The notes beneath the pieces are model-generated. The model was not told the origin of the DNA. It did no database searches and saw only the letters and a list, made by a program, of their open reading frames with translations. From assembly GCA_963808165.1 (NCBI GenBank), contig CAWEET010000023.1:144447-208446 (forward strand): 64,000 bases of DNA, in the 5' to 3' direction. This document shows positions 9,135-18,339 of the stretch, piece by piece. This stretch comes from an uncultured Gammaproteobacteria bacterium (GTDB taxonomy: Bacteria; Pseudomonadota; Gammaproteobacteria; Chromatiales; Chromatiaceae). The number at the start of each line of letters is the position of its first letter. The first letter of the stretch is position 1. Position numbers and translations under genes: made by a program.

Positions 9135-9473
9135 ATGCTGGAAGCACTCGAACGGACAGAGGAACTGTTGCGGAACTACGGGCACGCCTACGAGGCCAAT
9201 CTCGCTGTGATTGCGCGCGCGCTGTTCGAACGCGACCCAAAGGCCGCATGCCACGCGGTCAATACCGAGGAATGGTGGGACAACGCCACATCGGTCGCTG
9301 CGATCGATCTGGCGGTCGACGGCGGCTTCACGGCGCAGGCGCGGCGCGATGCCCAGGCATTGCGCCAGGCGCTGACGGAAATCTTCGGCACAATGCTGGC
9401 CTTCGGCGAACACAATACCACCGCTGAGATCATCGTTTCGCAGTTCGAGAAGTGGCGCGAATCGCACATCTGA
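9135..9473 (+). CDS. Hypothetical protein
   Basis: GGAG RBS; protein-like composition; an alternative start at 9075 is possible. Confidence 0.65.
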   Translation: MLEALERTEELLRNYGHAYEANLAVIARALFERDPKAACHAVNTEEWWDNATSVAAIDLAVDGGFTAQARRDAQALRQALTEIFGTMLAFGEHNTTAEIIVSQFEKWRESHI

Positions 9474-9562
9474 GCGCCTCGTAAGGTTGCCCGCGATGTT
9501 GCCGCCAATACTCGAACAATCTGGTGCATCAACAACAACAACCTCGAAATCAGGGTAGAAGC

Positions 9563-10051
9563 ATGCAAACGTTCGATGTCTATTTTCTCGGCGAAATGTT
9601 GCCGGATGCCGATCCCGCCGCGGTGCGTGCCGCGGTCGCAAAACTGTTCAAGGTCGAGGGAGAGAAGGTCGATCGGCTGTTTTCCGGCAAGCCACTGCGC
9701 GTAAAGCAGGGGGTCGACGCGGAGGCCGCGAGTCGCTACCGCGCGACCTTCCGTGACGCCGGAGCCCTGCTGCAGATCGTCCCGAGCGGTGCGCCGCCAC
9801 CGGCCAAGGCCCACGCCGCAAATGGTGGCGCCAGCAGCCGTGAAGCAGCACCGCAGCGCGGCGCCGGCGACATGCATCTGGCCGAACCGGGCGCGACCAT
9901 CGATCACACCCCGGCACCACCGGCAGCGGCAATCGACACCAGCTCCCTGGAGGCGCTGCCGCCGAATTCCGGGTCGCTGGAGGACTGCCGGGTGGAAAAG
10001 CCGCCCCGTCCGGTCCCCGATATCAGTCACCTGAAACTGGTGGACGACTGA
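9563..10051 (+). CDS. Conserved-type hypothetical protein
   Basis: FDVYFLGE...LAKLFK-like...LFSGK...YRATFRDAGA pattern followed by a low-complexity tail. Confidence 0.7.
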   Translation: MQTFDVYFLGEMLPDADPAAVRAAVAKLFKVEGEKVDRLFSGKPLRVKQGVDAEAASRYRATFRDAGALLQIVPSGAPPPAKAHAANGGASSREAAPQRGAGDMHLAEPGATIDHTPAPPAAAIDTSSLEALPPNSGSLEDCRVEKPPRPVPDISHLKLVDD

Positions 10052-10056
10052 GGACG

Positions 10057-10908
10057 CTATCGGCGCGCGCTCATGATTTCCGTCGGCCGACCACCCAGTT
10101 CAATGCTGAACAGGCCGATCGCATGCCTGGCCTCGACCCGCAGCGGCGTGCGCCCTGCCGTCTGGCTCAACCAGATGTACAACGGAAGGTGCGCGACCTC
10201 CCGCTTGCCGTCCGCGTTGATTGCGACCCCATCGAAACGCAGTTTCCAGGCCGGCACCGCGGAGCCCCCCAGCCCCAGCCACTGCTCCTCCTCCACTCTC
10301 ACACGGTAGCTGAATCGCTGCCGGCCATTGGTCACGGGAATGCGGTACTCCGCCCCCGTGTGTAGATCCTCCAACCTCATTCGCTGCACCAGGCCCAGGC
10401 GATCGAATAGTGGCCCGGAGAGCGCCGGCACCCTGAGCCTGGTCCCCGCGTCCAGTTGCGCCATCTGCTCGCGCCCGTCACCGGCGCGCAGATCGTGACG
10501 TCTGGTGCCGGAGGCCGACTCGTCGCGCAGGAACAAGCGATGCCGACCATCGCGAGTCTGTTCGAAGACAGAAAAAGCAAACAGTTCCCCGCTGCCGGAC
10601 TCGGCCCAACTGCGGAACCGGTAGCGGATCGGGTAGAGCGACTCGACCTGCGGATAGTCGTGCGAACTGATTTCGAGCCGCGCTTCGCTCAACCCGGTAT
10701 CGGCGACGCCGTGGCTCTCCAGGCTGAGGTCTGCGATGGGCATGTCCACCCCCAGGGAAAACACCCCGCGGTAGCTCACCCGATAATCGAGTCGCTCGAC
10801 GCGTTCGGCGGTCACGGCAGTCGAGAACAGCACCAGACAGCACAGCAACCCAAGCGGGCGGGTGCGCAGGCGCGGTGTCGTTCGGTATTGGCGTCGCATT
10901 GCTGGCAT
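10057..10908 (-). CDS. DUF3108-like exported protein
   Basis: Signal peptide, LDYRVSYRG, IWLS...RTPLRVE. Confidence 0.65.
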   Translation of the reverse strand: MPAMRRQYRTTPRLRTRPLGLLCCLVLFSTAVTAERVERLDYRVSYRGVFSLGVDMPIADLSLESHGVADTGLSEARLEISSHDYPQVESLYPIRYRFRSWAESGSGELFAFSVFEQTRDGRHRLFLRDESASGTRRHDLRAGDGREQMAQLDAGTRLRVPALSGPLFDRLGLVQRMRLEDLHTGAEYRIPVTNGRQRFSYRVRVEEEQWLGLGGSAVPAWKLRFDGVAINADGKREVAHLPLYIWLSQTAGRTPLRVEARHAIGLFSIELGGRPTEIMSARR

Positions 10909-11016
10909 CCCTCAGTCCCAAAGTCCGCTGCCTAGTGCGGGAAATTCGGTTACTCACAGAACATCGCTGATCCGGCGGCCTCGCCATTGGTACCCGGCAA
11001 GGCCGACCGAGTTCCT

Positions 11017-11032
11017 TGGCACGCCTTCTGCA
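11017..11032 (+). promoter_or_regulatory. Sigma-54 (-24/-12) promoter
   Basis: TGGCACGCCTTCTGCA, GG-N10-GC, about 70 nt upstream of the 11100 ORF. Confidence 0.6.
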
Positions 11033-11099
11033 TGTAATCTAGCAGGACAGGAAAAAGTCGGCAAACTCGCCAAAGAATTGACGAAAACAGGGTAGACGC

Positions 11100-11435
11100 G
11101 TGGGAAATTCGATAGCGAGCGACAACATTCTGACGGCAGCGGCGCCAAAGCAACGAAAAATTGACGACCCGTCGACCGATCGCAGCCAGAGCGTCGAACT
11201 GGAAAATCGACCGGCACCGGCTTCCCGCGAAGCCGACCTCGGGCGAGCCAGGCGCCGGCTGGCCGGCGAACTGGGCGGGTTGCCCGATTCGCAACTCGCG
11301 TCGGGCGACCAGGCACGCGAACTCGCCAGCCGATTGTCCGCTCAACTCGCCTCGGACCCAGGGTCTGGAGTGAAAGCGCACAGCAGACTGGACCTGAAAC
11401 TATTTACTGCAGCGATGGCGCCGCCCAGCGCCTGA
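11100..11435 (+). CDS. Hypothetical protein
   Basis: Bracketed by a sigma-54 motif and an intrinsic terminator. Confidence 0.65.
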   Translation: MGNSIASDNILTAAAPKQRKIDDPSTDRSQSVELENRPAPASREADLGRARRRLAGELGGLPDSQLASGDQARELASRLSAQLASDPGSGVKAHSRLDLKLFTAAMAPPSA

Positions 11436-11480
11436 ACCGCACCTCGATCTCGGCACAGGCGAGATGATTTCTCGCCATTG

Positions 11481-11519
11481 ACCCGGTCCCGCGCAAGCGG
11501 TGGCCGGGTTTTTCTTTTG
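11481..11519 (+). terminator. Rho-independent terminator
   Basis: ACCCGGTC...GGCCGGGT stem followed by TTTTCTTTT. Confidence 0.7.
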
Positions 11520-11748
11520 CCGCTCAGCGACAGGGCCCACAATGCCGTTTGCAATCCCAGCGTCGGCGCAAGAAACTATCGTACAGGTTGCAAATTGCAA
11601 GCTGAGTCGATGCGCGTAGTCTACCTGACCCTTGGATTGTTGCTGCTTCTCAACATCGGTGTCGCATGCCGCACGCCGCCAGCCGTCGCGGTCGGCTGCG
11701 AACCGGTCGCCGCTGGACTGACACATTGCCCGGCGGAGTCAACCGTTC

Positions 11749-12318
11749 GTGATAACCGAGGCTGAGGCAAGAACCACGTCGCCTGGCTTAGCGGCCGGAA
11801 TCACCGCGCTGTCGCCGGTTTACTTCGCCGAGCTCGATCAGGCCGCGGCGACAAACGACGCACTGATCGCGGCCATCCAACGCGAGAAGAACGCGCCCGA
11901 TGTCCGGCGTACCCACAACTTTGGCGATCGCTTCGAAAACACCTATATCCCACCCGCGCGACTGCCGGAACTGGCGCCGGTTCGCGAGTTCGCGCTGCGA
12001 GCCGCGACCGGAATTCTGAGGCGGGGTCAGCTGCACCATGGGTTCTGGTTCAACGAGATGCACCCGGGACAACGAACCACGCTGCACAGCCACGAAGAGG
12101 ACGACGAACTGCTCTCCGCCGTCTACTATCTCGCTTGCCCGGCGGACAGCGGCCGCCTGTTGTTGAAAGACCACGAGGCAGTGATATCAGTCACCCCCAG
12201 GCCGGGCCTGCTGGTGCTGTTCCCCCCGGACCTGCCACACGAGGTGGAGCAGAACGCCAGTGACCGAATCCGATTGTCGGTGGCGTTCAATTTTGGTCCA
12301 GCACGCCCGGCGACCTGA
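11749..12318 (+). CDS. Putative 2OG-Fe(II) oxygenase
   Basis: WFN, HSH, LSAVYY, LVLFPPDLPHEV, RLSVAFN. Confidence 0.8.
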   Translation: MITEAEARTTSPGLAAGITALSPVYFAELDQAAATNDALIAAIQREKNAPDVRRTHNFGDRFENTYIPPARLPELAPVREFALRAATGILRRGQLHHGFWFNEMHPGQRTTLHSHEEDDELLSAVYYLACPADSGRLLLKDHEAVISVTPRPGLLVLFPPDLPHEVEQNASDRIRLSVAFNFGPARPAT

Positions 12319-12688
12319 TCGTCGAGGTCTCCAGCCGCTCGGTATCGGCCAGCACAACGCGGCGTCCGTCGGTGGTCATGAATTCCCGGTCCTCGATGTC
12401 GCCGCGCTGTGCCCGATACTCGGCGGCACGACCGCTGCTCGCATCCACGACACGGATGAAGATCACCTCACTGTTGTCGCGCCAATGGTCATACAAGAGA
12501 TAAGCGGATGCCAGCAGCATCAACACGCCGACCGCGAGCGCGAGACCCTTGATCGGCCAGCGACGCGGCCGTGCCGGGTTGATCAGCCGTGGCGGCGGGC
12601 GTTCCTGCGGGTGTGTGGGTCTGCGCGTGCGCCAGACGAGCGCAACGACGAGGATCACGGCGAGGGTAAAAAGGATCTTTCCAATCAT
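12287..12688 (-). CDS. Hypothetical membrane protein
   Basis: Two TM segments (MIGKILFTLAVILVV...). Confidence 0.7.
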   Translation of the reverse strand: MIGKILFTLAVILVVALVWRTRRPTHPQERPPPRLINPARPRRWPIKGLALAVGVLMLLASAYLLYDHWRDNSEVIFIRVVDASSGRAAEYRAQRGDIEDREFMTTDGRRVVLADTERLETSTIRSPGVLDQN

Positions 12689-12781
12689 GGGTGAATCTTA
12701 ACGCGGAAATCGCCTCGTCCACGCACCGGCTTTATTCGATATGATTCACCCAATGCCAAACGATGAATTGCTGTATCGACA

Positions 12782-13435
12782 ATGAGGAAAAGCTCCCGTC
12801 CCGTCATCATGATCGCAACGCTGCTGCTGGCCGCCGCAACCACAGCCGCGGCCGAAACCATGGTCAAGATCACGCCCGACCTGGACGGCATCGACGTGCA
12901 GCACCAAGGGAAAGCGGTGCGCATCGAGCGCAGCCAGGACCAGACCAATGCGATCACGCCTGCGTTCCAGCGTACCTCACGCAAATGTCCGCCGTTCTGC
13001 ATTCAGCCGATGGCAATGCCCGAGGGTGTCGAGACCATCGGCGAGCTCGAGATGCTGGCCTATCTGCGACGCGTTGCCGGGGGTGACGATTCGATACTGA
13101 TCATCGACTCGCGAGGGCCCAGCTGGCTGGAGAAAGGCACGATCCCCGGCTCGGTCAACATTCACTACAAACGGCTCAGCCGGCGCGCGACCGAGGAGGC
13201 AGACATCGCCGACATCATGCAAAAGCAGTTCGGTGCAGAGCGTGGCAAAGCCCTGTGGAATTTCCGCGATGCCAAGACATTGGTACTGTTCTGTAACGGC
13301 GCCTGGTGCGGGCAATCGCCGACCAATATCCGCGGCCTGCTGCGGCTCGGTTATCCGGCATCGAAGCTGAAATGGTATCGCGGCGGCATGCAGGCCTGGG
13401 AGACACTCGGGCTGACCACTGTGGTGCCCGAGTGA
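12782..13435 (+). CDS. Periplasmic rhodanese-like sulfurtransferase
   Basis: Signal peptide, CPPFCIQP, IDSR, GTIPGSVNI, FCNGAWCGQS, WYRGGMQAW. Confidence 0.9.
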   Translation: MRKSSRPVIMIATLLLAAATTAAAETMVKITPDLDGIDVQHQGKAVRIERSQDQTNAITPAFQRTSRKCPPFCIQPMAMPEGVETIGELEMLAYLRRVAGGDDSILIIDSRGPSWLEKGTIPGSVNIHYKRLSRRATEEADIADIMQKQFGAERGKALWNFRDAKTLVLFCNGAWCGQSPTNIRGLLRLGYPASKLKWYRGGMQAWETLGLTTVVPE

Positions 13436-13448
13436 GCGGGCGGCACCA

Positions 13449-14090
13449 TTGATGAACATCCGCCTGGCCATCGTCTTTGCCGCCCTGATCGTGTTCGCTA
13501 CCGGATGCAGCGAACCCGACCGGCCCTCGATAGCACTGTACCTCGCGGTACAGCGCGGCGACCTGGATCAGCTTGCCCGCCATATCCACTGGGGCAGTGA
13601 TATCAATGCAGTGCTTCCGAACGGGCAGTACCCGTTGCACACCGCTGCCGAACAGGGCCGTATCATCATGGTCAAGGAACTGCTGAAGCACGGCGCCGAA
13701 ATCGACCGAACGACCGCCGACGGCGACACGGCGCTCGATCTCGCCATATTGAACGGCCGCACCCAGCTCGCCGAGTTGCTGTTGGCCCGTGGCGCCACCC
13801 TCGACCCCTCGGCGCTGCTGCTGAAGGCGGCCGCCGACGGCGTCACCGACCGTGACACCATCCGCATCCTGATACAGCAGGGCGCCGACACCGAGCAGCG
13901 CGATGCTGCCGGCGATACCGCGTTGCTGATCGCCATTCGGCAGGACAACCACCGGCTGGCCAGCCATCTCGTCAACCAGGGTGCGGATGTCAATGTGCGC
14001 ACCGCTACCGGGTTATCCGCGCTGGACCTTGCGCGGGAACTCGAGGTCGCTGAGCTGATGAGCCTGCTGCAACGCCAGGGTGCACGCTGA
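13449..14090 (+). CDS. Ankyrin-repeat lipoprotein
   Basis: Lipobox ATGC; GQYPLHTAA, GDTALDLAI, GDTALLIAI repeats. Confidence 0.9.
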   Translation: MMNIRLAIVFAALIVFATGCSEPDRPSIALYLAVQRGDLDQLARHIHWGSDINAVLPNGQYPLHTAAEQGRIIMVKELLKHGAEIDRTTADGDTALDLAILNGRTQLAELLLARGATLDPSALLLKAAADGVTDRDTIRILIQQGADTEQRDAAGDTALLIAIRQDNHRLASHLVNQGADVNVRTATGLSALDLARELEVAELMSLLQRQGAR

Positions 14091-14163
14091 CGGCTGGCGG
14101 TCTGGCGGGTCCTTTGCTAAGGTCGCGCGCCTGATGGCAATTGTCCTGAACGGAGAATCACGC

Positions 14164-14448
14164 ATGGCGAGCAGCCCGGACGAACTCACGATCAATTACA
14201 GCGAAGGCGGCGTCGACGTCGTCAAGGAGCTGGACAAGGAGGTCCTCTCCAAAGGTGCCTGGACCACGATCCTTTTTCGCTACCAGGACTGGGATGCGCG
14301 CAAGGAAGAGTACAGCAAAGACAAGTATTCGATACGCCGTTACCAGAAGCGCAACGGCGAATATCAGCAAAAATCCAAGTTCAATATCTCCAGCCCGGAT
14401 CAGGCCCGACAGTTGATCGGCGCGCTGAACAAATGGCTCGCTGACTAG
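14164..14448 (+). CDS. Conserved-type hypothetical protein
   Basis: GGAGA RBS; ELDKEVLSKGAWTTILFRY. Confidence 0.75.
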   Translation: MASSPDELTINYSEGGVDVVKELDKEVLSKGAWTTILFRYQDWDARKEEYSKDKYSIRRYQKRNGEYQQKSKFNISSPDQARQLIGALNKWLAD

Positions 14449-14571
14449 CCCGCATCAGTCACCGGCCGGAGAACAGCCGTGGCGCAACAGACTGAAACGT
14501 CTCTGGAAAGGGATGAATCTGCGCGTGACATTAGCTCGACATTCTGTTTCTGCTGCTTTCCTATCACGGTC

Positions 14572-14812
14572 CTGGCGGTTTCTCGCTCGCTCCGGCTTGG
14601 TATTGCGTTGCACATCCTTGTGCAACGCCTTTCGGGCCAGCCTGCGGCTGTTTCAATCCGCTCCCGGCGGATTGGTCACTCAAATCGTCGCTACGGCTAC
14701 CACTTTGTTCGGCGCTTCCCTGCGCCTCACCCCTGCGGGGCTGAACTGACAAATCGTTCCGGGCGATTTGTTCGCTCCAGCCCGGCACCGGAGCGGCTGC
14801 GAAATCCACCAG
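14572..14812. repeat. Nested palindromic intergenic element (REP/BIME-like)
   Basis: Outer imperfect IR, perfect hairpin at 14605-14628, two related hairpins at 14654-14674 and 14749-14771. Confidence 0.6.
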
Positions 14813-14920
14813 CATGCGTGATGCCGATGACCGATGCGGTCTAGTGGACCATGCAGGGCGTTCGGTTACTCACAGCGCATCGCTGATGCGCCGACGCCTG
14901 ACAGCACCCGACTGACGGCG

Positions 14921-15844
14921 TTACTCGGCAATCTCGCGCGCCGCGATCAATGCCTTGGCCTGGGGTATCCATTCCTCGCGCTCGATGCGACCCTTGAACT
15001 TGAGATGCTCGTTCACCGAGGCGACTTTCTCCGGTGTCCACTCCGCGATCTGCTGGAGGCGCAACACGCCGAGTTCGTTGAGCCGGTTCGCAATCTTCGG
15101 GCCGATACCCTTGATCTGCTGCAGGTCGTCGGGCTCGGCGTCGGCAGTATCCTGGGCAAATGAGGCGGCGGCCTGAGCGACCGCAGCGAGTATGCGTGGC
15201 GTTGGCTCCGTCGCGGCAAGATTCGCAAGCTGCTCGTCTGGCAAGCCCTGCATCGCCGCCATTTCATCGGCCAGGCGCCGCTGCTCGGCTTCGGCACTGC
15301 CGCGTGCTTGAAGTGCCTCATCCAACTCGCTGCGCAGGGACTTCGCATCGTCGTCTGCCCGCTTCAGCCGCGCCCGCAGATCGGCCAGCTCGTTCGCATC
15401 GGCCGCATCCGCCTTCGCGGCCGCTTGTAGCGCGGAAAGTTCGTCGGCCAGGCGCTGCCGCTCGGCCTCGATGCTGCCGCGCACCTTTGCCGCTGCATCC
15501 AGCTCGCTGCGCAGGGACTTCGCATCGTCGTCTGCCTGCTTCAGCTCCGCCCGCAGATCGGCCAACTCGTTCGCATCGGCCGCGGCCTCGTTGTTGGCGG
15601 CCTGCAAAGCCGCCAGCTCATCGGCCAGGCGCTGCTGCTCGGCTTCAGCGCTGCCACGCGCGTTCACCGCTCCATCCACTTCGCCACGCAGGGCGCGCGC
15701 ATCATCTTCGGCATTCTTCAGCCGCGCCAGCAATGCGCTGCGAGCACTGGCCGCCCCGATCCGCGTCAGATACCAGCCGAGCAGCAGGCCGAGCAGTCCG
15801 GCAACAAGCAGCGCGACGAAGGTTTGGGTAATCAGATAGCTCAT
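14921..15844 (-). CDS. Membrane-anchored coiled-coil protein with C-terminal HhH domain (COG3743/DUF4332-like)
   Basis: N-terminal TM, about three 59-aa repeats, DDLQQIKGIGPK...QQIAEWT...GRIEREEWIPQA. Confidence 0.8.
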   Translation of the reverse strand: MSYLITQTFVALLVAGLLGLLLGWYLTRIGAASARSALLARLKNAEDDARALRGEVDGAVNARGSAEAEQQRLADELAALQAANNEAAADANELADLRAELKQADDDAKSLRSELDAAAKVRGSIEAERQRLADELSALQAAAKADAADANELADLRARLKRADDDAKSLRSELDEALQARGSAEAEQRRLADEMAAMQGLPDEQLANLAATEPTPRILAAVAQAAASFAQDTADAEPDDLQQIKGIGPKIANRLNELGVLRLQQIAEWTPEKVASVNEHLKFKGRIEREEWIPQAKALIAAREIAE

Positions 15845-15860
15845 GTCCTGCTCCGCGGGA

Positions 15861-16637
15861 TTACTGGATGGGTTGGACGTCGAAGGTGATCCGCCGATTC
15901 GCTGCCCGGCCCTCGGGCGTGGCATTGCTCGCGATCGGCTGGCTGTCTCCGTAGGCGACGCTCTGCATCCGCTCGGCCGGTATTCCGGCCAGGTTGAAGA
16001 AACGCTCCACCGCTTCGGCCCGTGCGGTGCTGAGCCGCAGATTGATCTCGCGGTCGCCGCTTGCATCGGTGTGCCCGCCGATGATGATCCGGCTACCGGG
16101 GCACTGATAGGCAATGGTCGCCAAGTCATTCAACACCGGATAACTTTCAAGCATAGGGGTAGCGGCGCCTGCCTCGAAGCGCACATTGCTGACCGCCGCG
16201 ATCCTCGCCATCGTGCGCTGGCAGGCGTCGGCATCCATCGCATTCGCAAGGCTCCCCCCAAGGCGCACGATGCGGCCCGGTTCGAAACTCGCATCGAGCG
16301 ATTCGCCCTCGCCCAAGGTGGGGCCTTGCCGCGTCAGGCCGCTGACGTCCACCACGCGGACGCCCCAGACCTCATCGGCGATGCCGGCAACATAGCCGGG
16401 CTCGATGTCGCGCGGTAGTTCGCCGGCGAGGCGCAGATCACGCCCATCGACCTCGATCGTCAGGCCGGGGATCGCATAGGCCGTCAGGGCCCGCTCCACC
16501 CGCGCGCCCAGGTCGGACGCAATCGGCTTCTGACGCAGGGCCACGGTAGCCCAGGTGAGCAACAGCAGACTGGCCACCGCGACCAGGATTGCGGTACTTC
16601 TCGACACTTGTCTCTTCCCCTCGGGCACGCCCCGCAT
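15861..16637 (-). CDS. BON + OmpA_C domain protein
   Basis: TM, VDGRDLRLAG (BON), GGHTDASG...NLRLSTARA...GRAANRRI. Confidence 0.85.
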   Translation of the reverse strand: MRGVPEGKRQVSRSTAILVAVASLLLLTWATVALRQKPIASDLGARVERALTAYAIPGLTIEVDGRDLRLAGELPRDIEPGYVAGIADEVWGVRVVDVSGLTRQGPTLGEGESLDASFEPGRIVRLGGSLANAMDADACQRTMARIAAVSNVRFEAGAATPMLESYPVLNDLATIAYQCPGSRIIIGGHTDASGDREINLRLSTARAEAVERFFNLAGIPAERMQSVAYGDSQPIASNATPEGRAANRRITFDVQPIQ

Positions 16638-16678
16638 GCCCGCTTATCAAGGCCATGGCGGCCTCGGCGCCCGCTAAT

Positions 16679-17986
16679 TTACCCGATTTCCGCGCTGATG
16701 TTGCGGCAATGTGTCTCACGTACCCGCAGGGCCGCCATCACCGCGATTACTGCAAGGCCGAAAGACAGCCAAAGTCCGTTGCGGTAATCCGCCCAGGCGT
16801 AGCGCCTGAGGCCCTCGACCAGGTCGCCGCCCCAGGCCAGATCCAGGGCCCAGCCGAATGCCGGCTGCATGATTGCGGCGCCGAGGAAAAGTCCGGTGTT
16901 GACCAGTGCGATCGCCATCCCGGCGCTGCGCGGCGCACATACCTCCTTCACCGCGGCATAGGTAAGGACGAAACCGCTCGCACCCAGGCCGATCATGCCA
17001 TAGAGCAGAAAACCGGAAAGACCGGGGCCCCAGTCCAGCAGGAGCAGACACAGCCAGCCTGCGCAGGACAGCAGGCCGGCGACAATAATCAGTGGCCTGC
17101 GCAGGCCAAGGTGATCGGACAACCACCCCATCAGCATGCAGCCGAGGGCAAAGCTGACCAGACTCACGGTAATGTACAGCGAGGCATCGCTTCTACTCTG
17201 TCCATGCACATCCTGGAGCAGCGGCACGCCCCACAGGCCGATGAAGCTGAACATATTGCCGGTCACGCCCAGATTTACCCAGAACCCAGGCCAGGCGGCA
17301 CGGTTGCTGAACACCGCCTTCAATGCAGCGAACCAGTGGGGGTGTGGTTGAGCATGGGGCGGCAACCCCTCCATCTCGCGTACCGAGGGCAGGCCCGCCT
17401 CCTCAGGCTGGTTGCGCACGGCCAGCCAGGTGACCATGGCCATCAGCAATGAGGCGAGCCCGATCGTTACGAAGATCTCGCGCCAGCTGAAGAACCCGAG
17501 CGCCCAGGCAAGCGGCGCAGCGGCCATGATCGAGCCCAAGTTGCCGAGCAGCAGCGTCAGACCGCTGATGCGCCCGTAATGGCGGTCGCTGAACCAAACC
17601 GCATTACTGCGCATCAGGCCGACGAACACCACGGAGACCCCCAGTCCGACCAGGAAGCGACCTGCCGAGGCTGTGCCGAACTCACCGGCAACGCCGAACA
17701 GGATCGAGCCCAGGCCGGCGACCAGCGAACCCGCGGTGACGCTAATCCTCGGACCGAGCGTATCGGCAAGTATCCCAGAGGGGATCTGCATCGCCGTGTA
17801 CACGTAGTAGTACATCGCCGCCAGCGAGCCCAGCGCCGCACCGCTAGTCTGGAACGCCTGCATCAGATCCGAAGCGACCGCCGCCGGCGCCATGCGGTGA
17901 AAAAACACCAGCATGTAAGAGATCACCAGGATCGCATAGATGCGCCAGCGCATCGCATTGAAGCGGGCATAGGTCTGTTCAGCCAC
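16679..17986 (-). CDS. MFS transporter
   Basis: About 12 TM; GILADTLGPR and GWLSDHLGLRR motif A. Confidence 0.9.
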   Translation of the reverse strand: MAEQTYARFNAMRWRIYAILVISYMLVFFHRMAPAAVASDLMQAFQTSGAALGSLAAMYYYVYTAMQIPSGILADTLGPRISVTAGSLVAGLGSILFGVAGEFGTASAGRFLVGLGVSVVFVGLMRSNAVWFSDRHYGRISGLTLLLGNLGSIMAAAPLAWALGFFSWREIFVTIGLASLLMAMVTWLAVRNQPEEAGLPSVREMEGLPPHAQPHPHWFAALKAVFSNRAAWPGFWVNLGVTGNMFSFIGLWGVPLLQDVHGQSRSDASLYITVSLVSFALGCMLMGWLSDHLGLRRPLIIVAGLLSCAGWLCLLLLDWGPGLSGFLLYGMIGLGASGFVLTYAAVKEVCAPRSAGMAIALVNTGLFLGAAIMQPAFGWALDLAWGGDLVEGLRRYAWADYRNGLWLSFGLAVIAVMAALRVRETHCRNISAEIG

Positions 17987-18070
17987 TGCAACCGCCGCGC
18001 TGAAGCGCGTCGCTGGAGTCGATAACCCTTGTGGACGCGCCGACGGTCATCTTGTGTTACGCACGGCTCA

Positions 18071-18339
18071 CTAGTGTCCTGCCCCGCAAATAACTTATCG
18101 TTCAGCGTTGCCTCAATGACTTACGACGAGGCGCGCGAGTGAGGGCTAGCCTAAGCTAACGCGAGCGAGCGCAACAACGTCGTAAGTCATCGAGGCAGCG
18201 CCCAAAGGGAACGCCACCCAGGCGCCTCTGCGGTGTTGCGTTCGCTGCAAATAGCGCAACTATTCGTGCGCGAACCCGCCTTGCAGAGACACCTGGGTGG
18301 CATTCTGAATGACAAGTTATTTGCGGGACAGGACACTAG
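18071..18339. mobile_element. MITE, 269 bp
   Basis: 35-bp TIRs (32/35) starting CTAGTGTCCTG, two long internal hairpins, no coding capacity. Confidence 0.85.

Noticed and set aside
15250-15730. Repeats as a CRISPR array
   Set aside because: In-frame 177-bp coding repeats with no spacers and no cas genes.
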